From assembly GCA_035936995.1 (NCBI GenBank), contig DASYVR010000053.1, positions 18,018-82,017 on the forward strand: a DNA stretch of 64,000 nt. The letters run 5' to 3'. Both the position numbers and the translations under genes were made by a program. Shown one piece after another: positions 46,244 through 55,077 of the stretch. This stretch comes from Candidatus Dormiibacterota bacterium. GTDB lineage: Bacteria > Chloroflexota > Dormibacteria > CF-121. Each line of letters opens with the position of its first letter. Within the stretch, counting starts at the first letter, position 1. The notes beneath the pieces were generated by a model. It was not told the origin of the DNA. It was given only the letters and a program-made list of their open reading frames with translations, and searched no databases.

Positions 46244-46249
46244 ACTAGA
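46244..46249. repeat. target-site duplication ACTAGA (right copy)
   Basis: Contains the CTA (TAG on the minus strand) stop codon of the helicase-nuclease gene. Confidence 0.85.
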
Positions 46250-49064
46250 CGGCGGAGCTGGGGCAGAGCAACCGGAAGTCGCAGCCCGAGCACTTCATCC
46301 GGTCCGGCTTCGCCGGGAACAGCTCGGCACGGATGCCCTCCGCCACCTTGACGATCGCCTGCCGGTCTTCCTCGAGGCTTTCCGCCGGCTTGTCCACGGT
46401 GACCCGCTCGCTGGTCTCGAGGTAGTAGTAGGAGAGGCTGAGCGGGTCGAAGCGGAAGACCTCGCGAGCGGCCAACGCATAGACGCCGAGCTGCAGGTCC
46501 CGTTGGAGCTCCGCCGCGCGCTTCGCCGATCCGGTTTTGTAATCGATGACTTCATAGCTGCCGTCGGGATGGCGGTCCACCCGGTCGATGCGGCCGGTCA
46601 ATCGCAGACCATCGACCCGCAGGCTGAAGGGCTGCTCGAGCAGCAGCGGCTTGCTCAGATCGCCGGCGTCGAACGCCCGGCGCAGGTAGGTCCGGCCAAG
46701 ATCCTGCAAGGAGGGCGCCTGCTCTGGCGCGCAAAACCGCTCCCTGGCCCAGGCCGACACGTACGCCGAGTCCACCATCTCCCAGGTCAGCGGGTTGTCG
46801 CGTTCGATGCTGCCCAGCGCGTCCTTGAGCGCCTCGTGCATGATGCGTCCGAACTGCATCTGCGGCCGCGGGCGCGTCGGTAGCCGGAAGACGAAACGGT
46901 ACTGGTACATCTGCGGACAGCGCAGGTAGGTATCCACCTCGGTGTAAGACAGCGCCGCGATTGGTGGAGCGTCGTTGAGCGGCAGCTCGATCTGGCGGGC
47001 CACTTCGACGACGCCGCCAACCGGGGGCACGAGCAGCGACACGGCGGCCAGCACGAGCAGCGACACGGCGGCCAGCTCGCGCGCCTCCTCGCCCCGGATC
47101 GGGGTCAGGAATCGGGAGGGCCGCCAATCTTTCACGCCCTCGTAGCGGCTGGCGAGACTGCAGACGAGTTCCTCACGAGCCCGGGTGACCGCGACATAGG
47201 CGAGGCGGCGCTCTTCGGCGAGATGCAGCTCGGCCGCCGGGAGTTCTTCCTTCAAGAGCTCATTCGGCAGGGTCAGCCCCTCGCCCCGGCGGCTCGCGGG
47301 AAACCGGCCCTCCACCAGGTGGGGGACGATGACCAGGCCGAACTCGAGCCCTTTCGCCTGGTGGACCGTCATCAGGTGGACCGCGTTGACGGTCTCATCC
47401 AGGGGCGCAATCTCCTCGTCCGCCTGCGCCGCTTCGGTGGCGTCAAGGTGCTTGAGATAAGCGGAGAGATGGTGGTCCGCATGCTCGTCGCAATAGGCGG
47501 CGACCAGCTCGGCGAGTTTTTGCACGTTGGCACTAACTTGCAGCCGCTCGATCGGTCCCTGGAACCGCTCTAAGTCGAGGTAGCGGGTTTGTTCCATCAC
47601 TTCATAGAAGAGGTCGTCCACCCCCAGCCGGAGCGCGTGGCCGGCGAACTGTCGCAGGTCCGTGGTCAGACGAACGGCGCCGTCGTCGGCCGCCTCCTGG
47701 AGGATGTCGAAGAAGCGCCTGCCATCATCCCTCGCCCGCCGCGCCCAGCGGCCGGCCTGCACCGGGTCGACGGCGTAGCGTGGCAGGCTCAACAGTCGCA
47801 TCAGGCAGACGGTGTCGTCCGGGCCGTCGATGGCGCGCAAATACGCCAGGCAGTCCTTGATCTCGGGCTGCTGATAGAAGCCGCGGCCGCCGCTGACCTG
47901 ATAGGCAACGCCGCTGCGCTGCAGCGCCCGGGCGAAATTGTGGAGGTGTGCGTTCGCGCGCAGCAGGATGGCGATGGTGCTGGGCCGGTGACGCCCCTCG
48001 TCGATCGCGGTCTTGACGAAGGCGGCGACCGCGTCTGCCTCCTCAGTCACACTGCTGGCGTTCAGTACGCTGACCGCCGTCCCCTCGCCGCGGGTTGCCT
48101 TGAGCCGCTTCTCGAGCCGGTCCGGGTCTTCGGCGATGAGGCGGGCGGCGGCTCGGAGGATGGGGCCGCGACTTCGGTAGTTCTCTTCCAGACGAACGAC
48201 GGCAGCGTCGGGGAAGACGGCGCGGAACCGCCGTAGGTTGGCTACCGAAGCGCCCCGGAATTTGTAGATGCTCTGGTCGTCATCGCCGACGACACAAAGG
48301 TTGCGGTCCACGCCGGCCAGCAGCTCGAGGAGCCGACTCTGGGCAAAGTTCGTGTCCTGGAACTCGTCGACCATCAAATGGGCAAACCGCTGCGCCTGCC
48401 GCGCCGCGACCGACGGTTCCCCAGCGAGCAGCTGCACGCTGTGGTAGATGGTGTCGTCGAAGTCGAGGAGGTCTTCGGCGAGCAGCCGCTCCTGGTATGC
48501 CTCGTACACCCGCGCCGCCTCCCGCTGGGCTGCGACCACCGGATCGTCCACGGCCGAGTTGGTCTCGGCCCAGACCCGGAATTCCGCGGGTGAGATGAGC
48601 TCCTGTTTCGCGCGCTCAACCAGCTTGAGGAGCTCACCGATCCGCTCGTGGGGCCGCTGGGCATGGAAGAGGTGCGGCGGGCGCTGCGCCAGCAGGATGT
48701 CTCGCATCAGCTCCCACTTCCGCACCTCCGACACGAGGCGAAATGCCTTTGGGATACCGCCGAGCCAGCCCTCTTCCTGGAGGAACCGCTGGGCGAAGGC
48801 ATGGTAGGTGAGGACGAATCGTTCCCCCGCCGGGAGATAGTCCTCTTGCTCAACCCGGTCCAATACCTCGCGGGCCGCCTTCTCGGTGAAGGTCAGGAGG
48901 AGGATGCGCTCGGCGGGCACGCCCTCCTGGCGAAGCCGGCGGTAGCGCTCGACCAGGACCCGTGTTTTGCCGGTTCCCGCGCCGGCCACGATCAGCAGCG
49001 GTCCTCGGATGTGGTCGACTGCGGCCCGCTGGCCGTCGGTCAGGGCAGCGCCGGTCGCTATCAA
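46245..49064 (-). CDS. UvrD/PcrA-type SF1 helicase fused to a C-terminal PD-(D/E)XK Cas4/AddB-like Fe-S nuclease
   Basis: 939 aa. LTDGQRAAVDHIRGPLLIVAGAGTGKT Walker A, ...MVDEFQDTN, ...TVHQAKGLEF. C-terminal YLRCPQMYQY ... IDRVDR ... VIDYKTG ... KCSGCDFRLLCP (C-Xn-C-X2-C-X5-C cluster). TTGA overlap with dciA. Confidence 0.9.
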   Translation of the reverse strand: MIATGAALTDGQRAAVDHIRGPLLIVAGAGTGKTRVLVERYRRLRQEGVPAERILLLTFTEKAAREVLDRVEQEDYLPAGERFVLTYHAFAQRFLQEEGWLGGIPKAFRLVSEVRKWELMRDILLAQRPPHLFHAQRPHERIGELLKLVERAKQELISPAEFRVWAETNSAVDDPVVAAQREAARVYEAYQERLLAEDLLDFDDTIYHSVQLLAGEPSVAARQAQRFAHLMVDEFQDTNFAQSRLLELLAGVDRNLCVVGDDDQSIYKFRGASVANLRRFRAVFPDAAVVRLEENYRSRGPILRAAARLIAEDPDRLEKRLKATRGEGTAVSVLNASSVTEEADAVAAFVKTAIDEGRHRPSTIAILLRANAHLHNFARALQRSGVAYQVSGGRGFYQQPEIKDCLAYLRAIDGPDDTVCLMRLLSLPRYAVDPVQAGRWARRARDDGRRFFDILQEAADDGAVRLTTDLRQFAGHALRLGVDDLFYEVMEQTRYLDLERFQGPIERLQVSANVQKLAELVAAYCDEHADHHLSAYLKHLDATEAAQADEEIAPLDETVNAVHLMTVHQAKGLEFGLVIVPHLVEGRFPASRRGEGLTLPNELLKEELPAAELHLAEERRLAYVAVTRAREELVCSLASRYEGVKDWRPSRFLTPIRGEEARELAAVSLLVLAAVSLLVPPVGGVVEVARQIELPLNDAPPIAALSYTEVDTYLRCPQMYQYRFVFRLPTRPRPQMQFGRIMHEALKDALGSIERDNPLTWEMVDSAYVSAWARERFCAPEQAPSLQDLGRTYLRRAFDAGDLSKPLLLEQPFSLRVDGLRLTGRIDRVDRHPDGSYEVIDYKTGSAKRAAELQRDLQLGVYALAAREVFRFDPLSLSYYYLETSERVTVDKPAESLEEDRQAIVKVAEGIRAELFPAKPDRMKCSGCDFRLLCPSSAV
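47028..47075. repeat. perfect 24-bp tandem duplication inside the helicase-nuclease gene
   Basis: CACGAGCAGCGACACGGCGGCCAG x2 (47028-51, 47052-75). In frame; duplicates LAAVSLLV in the linker between the helicase and nuclease parts. Confidence 0.95.
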
Positions 49065-49402
49065 CGGGAGGGCCGCCTCCCCGACCCTGAGCCTCCCCCA
49101 GAGGGAGAGGGAACTCCAGGCCCCGCCTGGCGGAAGCGGATCTCACGCACCGCGGGGACGCCAATCCCCTCGTTCAGCCGGTCGATCAGCATGCCCCGCT
49201 CAAGATGGAGTTGATGCGCCAGCGCCGGGCTGGTGGCGGTCACCCACAGGGTGCCGCCGGTCAGCTTGAGCGCGCTGGTCTCGCGGGCGAGGTGGGGCCC
49301 GACCACCTGCGGCCACAGCCAAAGCGCCTGCGCCTCGCGCGTCCGGCGGGAGATGCCGAGCGACTTCAGCGCGCGCGGCAGCGCCGCCCCGATGCTACGC
49401 AT
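49061..49402 (-). CDS. dciA: DUF721/DciA-family protein (putative replicative-helicase loader)
   Basis: 113 aa. ALPRALKSLGISRRTREAQALWLWPQVVGPHLARETSALKLTGGTLWVTATSPALAHQLHLERGMLIDRLNE...VREIRFRQ matches the DUF721 pattern. 8-nt overlap with recF. Confidence 0.8.
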   Translation of the reverse strand: MRSIGAALPRALKSLGISRRTREAQALWLWPQVVGPHLARETSALKLTGGTLWVTATSPALAHQLHLERGMLIDRLNEGIGVPAVREIRFRQAGPGVPSPSGGGSGSGRRPSR

Positions 49403-50540
49403 GAATCGCTCCCTCCTCGACGTGGAAGACCGCGGCCCGTTCCAGGATGCTCTTGGGCAGGTCGTTCAGGTCGGCGGCCGTGATCAGCGCCTGTGGCCCG
49501 GGCTCGAGGGCGGCCAGGAGACGCTCGCGGCGAGCGGGGTCGAGCTCGGACATCACGTCATCGAGTAAGAGGACCGGTTGCTCGCCGGTCACCTCGGCGA
49601 GGTAGTGCAGTTCCGCCAGCTTCAGGCTCAGCACCGCGCTGCGCTGCTGCCCCTGGCTGGCGAAGAGCCTGGCCTCGTGGTCATCGAGCCACACTTCAAC
49701 ATCGTCACGCTGCGGTCCGACAGCTGTCTGTCCACGTCCGATCTCCTCGTCGCGGGCGTCGCGCATGGCCGCTTTGAGCTGCTCGGTAACGAGCTCCTGC
49801 GGCGCCTCGCCGATCCGGGCGCCGGCCGGGCGGTAGCGCAGTTCCAGCCGCTCGCGGTCGTCGCTCAGCTCCCGATGGAAGGCGGCGGCGATCGGCTGTA
49901 AGTCGAGCAGGCGGCGCTGCCGTTCGACCATGATGGACGCCCCCGACTCGGCCAGGGCGGTGGTCCAGTAGTCCAGGCCACCGATGGGCTGGCGGCCTTC
50001 GCGAATCGCCCGCAGCAGAGCATTGCGCTGCTCCAGCAGATGGCCGTAGCGGGTCAACTCCCGAGCATGCCCGGCATCGATCTGCGAGAGCAGGGTATTG
50101 AGAAAACGGCGCCGGCCCTCGCCCGACCCTTTGACCAGCTGAAGGTCATCGGGCCAGAAGAGGACAACCCGAAGTGACCCGATCATGTCCGTCGATCGTC
50201 GCTGGATGCCGTTGAGCGTGAATCGGCGGGATGTCCGCGAGCTGTTGCCACCGGCGCCGTTTCCCCCGGGAGCGACGGCGATCCGCACCTCGAGCTGGTC
50301 GCGGCCGGTCTCGGTCTGGACCCCGCAGGTCACGCGGGCCGCCAGTTGGCCGAAGCGCACCAATTCCGTCGCTTGTTGCGTCCGCGGCGACCGAGTCAGC
50401 GCTAACAGGGCGACCGCCTCGAGGAGGTTGGTCTTCCCCTGCGCGTTGCCACCGAAGAAGACGGTGGCCGAACGCTCCAGCGCCAACTCGAGCTCGGGGT
50501 AATTTCGAAAATCGAAGAGTGAGACGTCAGCCAGGAACAC
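49395..50540 (-). CDS. recF: DNA replication and repair protein RecF
   Basis: 381 aa. FRNY...FFGGNAQGKTNLLEAV Walker A, ...SQGQQRSAVLSLKLAE signature, LLLDDVMSELD Walker B. Confidence 0.95.
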   Translation of the reverse strand: MFLADVSLFDFRNYPELELALERSATVFFGGNAQGKTNLLEAVALLALTRSPRTQQATELVRFGQLAARVTCGVQTETGRDQLEVRIAVAPGGNGAGGNSSRTSRRFTLNGIQRRSTDMIGSLRVVLFWPDDLQLVKGSGEGRRRFLNTLLSQIDAGHARELTRYGHLLEQRNALLRAIREGRQPIGGLDYWTTALAESGASIMVERQRRLLDLQPIAAAFHRELSDDRERLELRYRPAGARIGEAPQELVTEQLKAAMRDARDEEIGRGQTAVGPQRDDVEVWLDDHEARLFASQGQQRSAVLSLKLAELHYLAEVTGEQPVLLLDDVMSELDPARRERLLAALEPGPQALITAADLNDLPKSILERAAVFHVEEGAIHA

Positions 50541-50558
50541 GCCGTTATGGGCGACGGA

Positions 50559-51674
50559 CTACATCGCCACTCTGACCGGCATGATGATGTAGAGGTAGTT
50601 GTCCTTTCCCACCGGCTTGATCAGGCCAGGATTGAGAGGACCGGTGAAGCCAAGCTGCACCTCTTCGCTCCCGATGATGGCGAGCACTTCGAGGAGATAT
50701 TTAGAGTTGAAGGCCACCTGGAGGTCCTGGCCGTCGATCTTGGCGTCCACGCCGGCGACGTTCTGCCCAACCTCACTGGTGTTAGCCGTGAGCGTTAACT
50801 TGCCGCCCTCCGCCTTGAACTTGATGACATTGGCGGCATCCTTCGAGAAGAGCGACACCATCTTGGTCGTGAAGAGCAGTTCTTGTGTCTTGGCCGTGAT
50901 GGTGGTCGTGCTCTGCGCGGGAATGACCTGCTGGTAATTGGGATAGGTGCCTTCGATCAACCGGCTCATCAGCTCGACATCCCGGGTTTTGAAAAAGACC
51001 TGGTTCTTCTGCGAGCCTACGGTAACTTCAATGCCGTCGTCACCTGTCTTGAGGATACGGCTGAGCTCGCTGAGCGCCCGCGCCGGGATGACGATCGTCT
51101 CGCCCTCGCCTGGCTCAGCCTCGACCGCCAGGGTTTTGACCGCCAGCCGATGGCCATCCGTGGCGGCGAAGGTCGCCTTGCCGCCGTTCAAATGGACATA
51201 GACGCCGGTGAGCACCGGCCGGCCCTCATCGCTTGAGGCCGCGATCACGGTCTGCTCGATCGCATCCTTGAGCTCGGCCGAGTCGACTCTGACCTTGCGG
51301 CCGTCGACGCCAGAGGGGACCGGGGGGAAATCGGCCGGGTCGATGCCCCGGATGTTGGCGTCGAACCGATTGCTCTTGACCGCCAGGGATTGCGTCTTCT
51401 TGTCGAGCGTCATGGAGAGCGGCTCGTCCGGGTGGGAGGTAACGAAGTCCGTCAGCAGGCGCGCCGGTACGGTGATCCCGCCTTCTTCCTGGACCTCGGC
51501 GGGGATGACCTGACGAATCCCGATCTCGAGGTTGGTCGCGGTTAGCTGCAAGCCGGTGTCGGCTGTCTGCAGCAGGACATTGTTGAGGATGGGCAAGGTG
51601 GTCCGGGATGAGACAGCGCGCGATACAACCTGCAACCCCTGACCGAGGTTTCCGGCGGTGACTGTGACCTTCAT
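50559..51674 (-). CDS. dnaN: DNA polymerase III subunit beta
   Basis: 371 aa. Three-domain sliding clamp (MKVTVTAGNLGQGLQVVSRAVSSRTTLPILNNVLL...). AAGGAG Shine-Dalgarno. Confidence 0.97.
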   Translation of the reverse strand: MKVTVTAGNLGQGLQVVSRAVSSRTTLPILNNVLLQTADTGLQLTATNLEIGIRQVIPAEVQEEGGITVPARLLTDFVTSHPDEPLSMTLDKKTQSLAVKSNRFDANIRGIDPADFPPVPSGVDGRKVRVDSAELKDAIEQTVIAASSDEGRPVLTGVYVHLNGGKATFAATDGHRLAVKTLAVEAEPGEGETIVIPARALSELSRILKTGDDGIEVTVGSQKNQVFFKTRDVELMSRLIEGTYPNYQQVIPAQSTTTITAKTQELLFTTKMVSLFSKDAANVIKFKAEGGKLTLTANTSEVGQNVAGVDAKIDGQDLQVAFNSKYLLEVLAIIGSEEVQLGFTGPLNPGLIKPVGKDNYLYIIMPVRVAM

Positions 51675-51887
51675 GATGCTCCTTGTCTACACGACCCCGT
51701 TAATAAGAAGGCCTAATTGAAAGAACAGACGAAGTCGTAGGGCGGTGCACAACAGGGAAAACCCCCTTCCTCTCGTTCGATTCGGCCCAATTATAGCTTT
51801 CAAAAACTGTGTGTTCCGCAGACCCGTATCCCCAGTCAACGGCCATTCCAACAGCATCCACGTCCCTACCGTCAGTCTTCCACAGGT
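51675..51887. other. dnaA-dnaN intergenic region with the most AT-rich tracts of the window (possible DUE / second oriC module)
   Basis: GTTAATAAGAAGGCCTAATTGAAAGAACAGA (51699-) and CAATTATAGCTTTCAAAAACTGTGTG (51788-). Only degenerate DnaA-box-like sites (TCTTCCACA, GCATCCACG). Confidence 0.4.
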
Positions 51888-53243
51888 CTAGTGGGAATAA
51901 AGGAGCTCGCGGATTTTCCGCAGGTCGGACTGCAGCCTCTGGTCCTCGCGCGACTCGGTGTTGATCTTCTCGTAGGAGTGAAGGACGGTGGTATGGTCTC
52001 TCCCCCCGAAGGCCTGGCCGATCGCCGGCAGTGACGACGCCGTCTCCTCGCGGATCAAGAACATCGCCACCTGCCGCGGAAAGACAATGTGCTTATCCCG
52101 GCGCTTGCCCTTCATCTCCTCAAGGCTGATGTGATAGAAGTTCGCGACGGCGCGCGAGATCGTATCAATGGAAAGGGTTCGCGTGTCGGCCGAGGGAATG
52201 ACGTCCTGCAGCAGCTTCGCCGCCATGTCGACGTTGACCGCGCTGCGGTTCAGCGAAGCATGCGCGATCACCCGGATCAGCGCACCCTCCAGCTCGCGGA
52301 TGTTCCTCTGAATCTTGTGAGCGATGAAGGAAAGCACGTCCTCCGGCACCAGCCGCGCATAGGGCCCCACCTTTGACTTCAAGATAGCGACCCTGGTTTC
52401 AAAGTCGGCCGGCTGAATATCGGCGATCAGCCCCCACTGGAACCGTGAGCGCAACCGATCTTCGAGCGTAGGTATTTCTTTGGGTGGCCGGTCGGACGAA
52501 ATCACAATTTGCCGATTGAGCTCGTGGAGCGAGTTGAAGGTATGGAAGAACTCCTCCTGGGTCCGATCCTTGCCGGCGAGGAACTGGATGTCGTCGACCA
52601 GCAAGACATCGACCGTCCGGTACCGGGTGCGGAAGTCATTCATCCGCCCTTCCTGGATCGAGGAGATCATCTCGTTCATGAACTTCTCGCTGGTCACGTA
52701 GGCGACCCGCCGGCGGTGGTGCTTTTCCAGCACGGCGTGGCCGATGGCATGCATCAGATGAGTCTTGCCCAAGCCGACGCCTCCATAAAGGAACAGCGGA
52801 TTGTAGGCCTTGGCGGGTGTTTCCGCCACCGCCCGGCAGGCGGCATGGGCGAAGCGCGAATTGTTGCCCACCACGAAATGCTGGAACTGGAATTTCGGAT
52901 TGAGCTGCGAGGCCTCGTGGAGGACCGGATCCTCCTCCTCCGGAGGCGGCTCTTCGGCGACCGCCACGGCGGCGCCTCCGCGCTGGACCTCGGGCTGGCC
53001 CGGCACCACTTCGAAGGCAACGCTGACATCGCCGGAGACGATCGCCGATAGCGTTTCCTTGATCATGGCGGAGTAGCGATCCTCGAGCCAGTCCTTGGCA
53101 AGCTTGGTCGGCACACCGATTTTGAAGGCATTCTTCTCGCGGCCGACGAGCGACGCATTCTTCAGCCAGGTCTCGTAGCTCGGCTTACTGAGCTGGAACC
53201 GAAGTTCCTCCTGCGCCGCCTGCCAGATCTGCTCTCCGTTCAT
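51888..53243 (-). CDS. dnaA: chromosomal replication initiator protein DnaA
   Basis: Start at ATG 53243 (MNGEQIWQAAQEELR..., GGAGGAG Shine-Dalgarno) rather than the track start 53327. AAA+ GGVGLGKTHLMHAIG, ...LLVDDIQFL. C-terminal DNA-binding domain ...HTTVLHSYEKI. Confidence 0.97.
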   Translation of the reverse strand: MNGEQIWQAAQEELRFQLSKPSYETWLKNASLVGREKNAFKIGVPTKLAKDWLEDRYSAMIKETLSAIVSGDVSVAFEVVPGQPEVQRGGAAVAVAEEPPPEEEDPVLHEASQLNPKFQFQHFVVGNNSRFAHAACRAVAETPAKAYNPLFLYGGVGLGKTHLMHAIGHAVLEKHHRRRVAYVTSEKFMNEMISSIQEGRMNDFRTRYRTVDVLLVDDIQFLAGKDRTQEEFFHTFNSLHELNRQIVISSDRPPKEIPTLEDRLRSRFQWGLIADIQPADFETRVAILKSKVGPYARLVPEDVLSFIAHKIQRNIRELEGALIRVIAHASLNRSAVNVDMAAKLLQDVIPSADTRTLSIDTISRAVANFYHISLEEMKGKRRDKHIVFPRQVAMFLIREETASSLPAIGQAFGGRDHTTVLHSYEKINTESREDQRLQSDLRKIRELLYSH

Positions 53244-53352
53244 ACGCTCCTCCACACGCGCGACTGTTTCGTTGGAGAGCAGAGCCGGTACTGCGCGGGC
53301 GGCCGCGCGGACGGAAACGAGGCCCATGGACGGCGTTTAGCGAGGACGGGAC

Positions 53353-53428
53353 TTATGCACAAGCTTCCCACAAAGGTGGAGAAGTCTATCGAGGTCTCCC
53401 CAGCCTCGTGTGCATAAGTTGTGGATGA
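53353..53428. promoter_or_regulatory. DnaA-box cluster in the rpmH-dnaA intergenic region (oriC candidate)
   Basis: TTATGCACA (53353-61, +); TGTGCATAA, the same box inverted (53409-17); TGTGGATGA, i.e. TCATCCACA (53420-28). Each has 1 mismatch to TTATCCACA. The region is relatively AT-rich. Confidence 0.55.
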
Positions 53429-53554
53429 TAACTTGCCGAGCTCTCCAGGGCAGCGGAATAATAGCAAACGGCCTCTGCCCGCGCAATCCGAAACTACGTA
53501 CGAACGGCGGAGCCCGCATGTTATGGTTAGGCGCCGAAAAACGTTGAGGTCTCA

Positions 53555-53710
53555 ATGAAACGTACCCACCAACCGAAGAAGCGCCAACGGGTCAAGGTCC
53601 ATGGCTTCCGCGCCCGGATGTCGACCACAGGCGGCGTCAAGGTGATCAAGGCCCGCCGCCTCAAGGGCCGCCGCCGCCTGACGCCAACGGCCAGCCGGCG
53701 CTACCGGTAA
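53555..53710 (+). CDS. rpmH: 50S ribosomal protein L34
   Basis: Hand-translated, too short for the ORF track: [56 protein letters not shown] upstream. Confidence 0.95.
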   Translation: MKRTHQPKKRQRVKVHGFRARMSTTGGVKVIKARRLKGRRRLTPTASRRYR

Positions 53711-53729
53711 CCCTCGCCTTCTTGGGCGG

Positions 53730-54062
53730 GTGAAGCGGCGCTCCCGGCTGCTTCGCTCGGCCGACTTCGACCGGACGCTGCGGTCCGGCCGGCGGGCCGC
53801 CTCGGACTACTTCGCCCTGTTCGTAAGCGATAATGAGGTTGGCCGGCCTCGCGTCGGCCTGGCTGTCAGCCGGAAGCTGGGCAACGCCGTGGCCCGGAAT
53901 AGAATCAAGCGGCGCCTGCGCGAGCTGGTCCGGCCGTTGTTGACACAGACGGAGGGCGGCCGCGACGTTGTAATCGTGGCACGGGCGCGGGCCGTCGACG
54001 CGAAATTTGCGCGGCTGCGCCAGGAGATTGAGATGTTGTGGGCGAAGGGGTGGGGGCGGTGA
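53730..54062 (+). CDS. rnpA: ribonuclease P protein component
   Basis: 110 aa, basic. [17 protein letters not shown]...[20 protein letters not shown]. Position directly after rpmH. Confidence 0.9.
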   Translation: MKRRSRLLRSADFDRTLRSGRRAASDYFALFVSDNEVGRPRVGLAVSRKLGNAVARNRIKRRLRELVRPLLTQTEGGRDVVIVARARAVDAKFARLRQEIEMLWAKGWGR

Positions 54063-54274
54063 CGGCGGTGTCGCTTGCCTTCATCAGGATCTACCGGGTG
54101 ACGCTGGGCCCCATTTTCGGGGTCATTTCTGGTTGCCGCTACACGCCAACTTGCTCTCAATACGGCTATGAGGCCATCCAACGCTACGGTTGGTGGCGTG
54201 GCTGGGGCATGGCGCTCCGTCGGATCGCGCGCTGCCACCCGTTCCGTGCCGGTGGCTGGGACCCGGTGCCATGA
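54059..54274 (+). CDS. yidD: membrane protein insertion efficiency factor YidD
   Basis: ...[55 protein letters not shown]. Several in-frame GTGs (54038-54068); GTG 54059 overlaps the rnpA TGA. Confidence 0.9.
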   Translation: MTAVSLAFIRIYRVTLGPIFGVISGCRYTPTCSQYGYEAIQRYGWWRGWGMALRRIARCHPFRAGGWDPVP

Positions 54275-55077
54275 CCGAGTTTTTCCATTCGATCGGCATC
54301 CTTTGGCATCCGATCTGGCTGCTCTGGTGGACGGTGATCGGCGTCCCGATTCATGCGGTCCTCAAAACGATCCTGGAATTCCTGAGCGGGAATCCGCTGG
54401 CGGAATCGATCGGGCCGTTCGGGATCGCGATCGTGTTCCTGACGATCCTCATCAAGCTGATCATCTCGCCCATCTTCCAGTACCAGCTGACGACCTCGCG
54501 CCGTGTCCAGGCGGAGCAGCGGCGGATCGCGCCCCAGCTGGCGGCCGTCCGGAAAAAGTACAAGAAGGATCCGCAGCGCCTCAACCAGGAGACGATGGCG
54601 CTCTACAAGGAGCACAATATCAATCCGTTGGCGCAGATGAGCGGGTGTTTGCCGGCGCTGGTGCAGTCCCCCATCCTGATCGCGCTCTTCTACGTGATCC
54701 GGGATGCCCACAAGACGCTCCCCATCCACGATTTCAAGTTCCTGGGGATCTCCCTGGACCACACCGCCCTGCAGCCGGGACAGTTCGTCGCGCTCGCCGT
54801 CCTGCTGCCGCTCCTGGCCGGACTCACGACGTTCGTGCAGACGAAGATGATGACGCCGCCCGGCGGGATGGGGGCCCAGGACCCGACCCAGGCGGCGATG
54901 ACGCAGAACATGACGCTGATCATGCCGGTCTTCATCGGCTTCATCTCGCTGCAATTCGCCGCCGCCCTCGCGCTCTACTGGGTGGTGAGCAATCTCTTCA
55001 GCATCGGCCAGCAATACTTCATTACTGGCTGGGGATCGCTCTCCCCACCGCGCCTGGGTAGGGGGAAAGCCGCATGA
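54271..55077 (+). CDS. yidC: membrane protein insertase YidC (short form)
   Basis: Start at ATG 54271 (ATGA overlap with yidD). [16 protein letters not shown]...[42 protein letters not shown]. Confidence 0.93.
   Translation: MTEFFHSIGILWHPIWLLWWTVIGVPIHAVLKTILEFLSGNPLAESIGPFGIAIVFLTILIKLIISPIFQYQLTTSRRVQAEQRRIAPQLAAVRKKYKKDPQRLNQETMALYKEHNINPLAQMSGCLPALVQSPILIALFYVIRDAHKTLPIHDFKFLGISLDHTALQPGQFVALAVLLPLLAGLTTFVQTKMMTPPGGMGAQDPTQAAMTQNMTLIMPVFIGFISLQFAAALALYWVVSNLFSIGQQYFITGWGSLSPPRLGRGKAA

Noticed and set aside
47028-47075. The 24-bp repeat as a CRISPR or minisatellite array.
   Set aside because: There are only two directly abutting copies with no spacers, inside a coding region and in frame. 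It is a simple tandem duplication. No CRISPR-like repeat-spacer structure was seen anywhere in the window.
51765-51795. tRNA-like T-loop string (CGTTCGATTCGG) in the dnaA-dnaN spacer.
   Set aside because: The flanking bases cannot form a T-stem, and no acceptor or anticodon arms can be drawn. It is not a tRNA.
53240-53555. Two overlapping minus-strand ORFs (75 and 72 aa) in the rpmH-dnaA spacer.
   Set aside because: They have low GC3 and atypical composition, they overlap the DnaA-box cluster, and one runs antisense into the rpmH start. The region is better explained as origin or promoter DNA.
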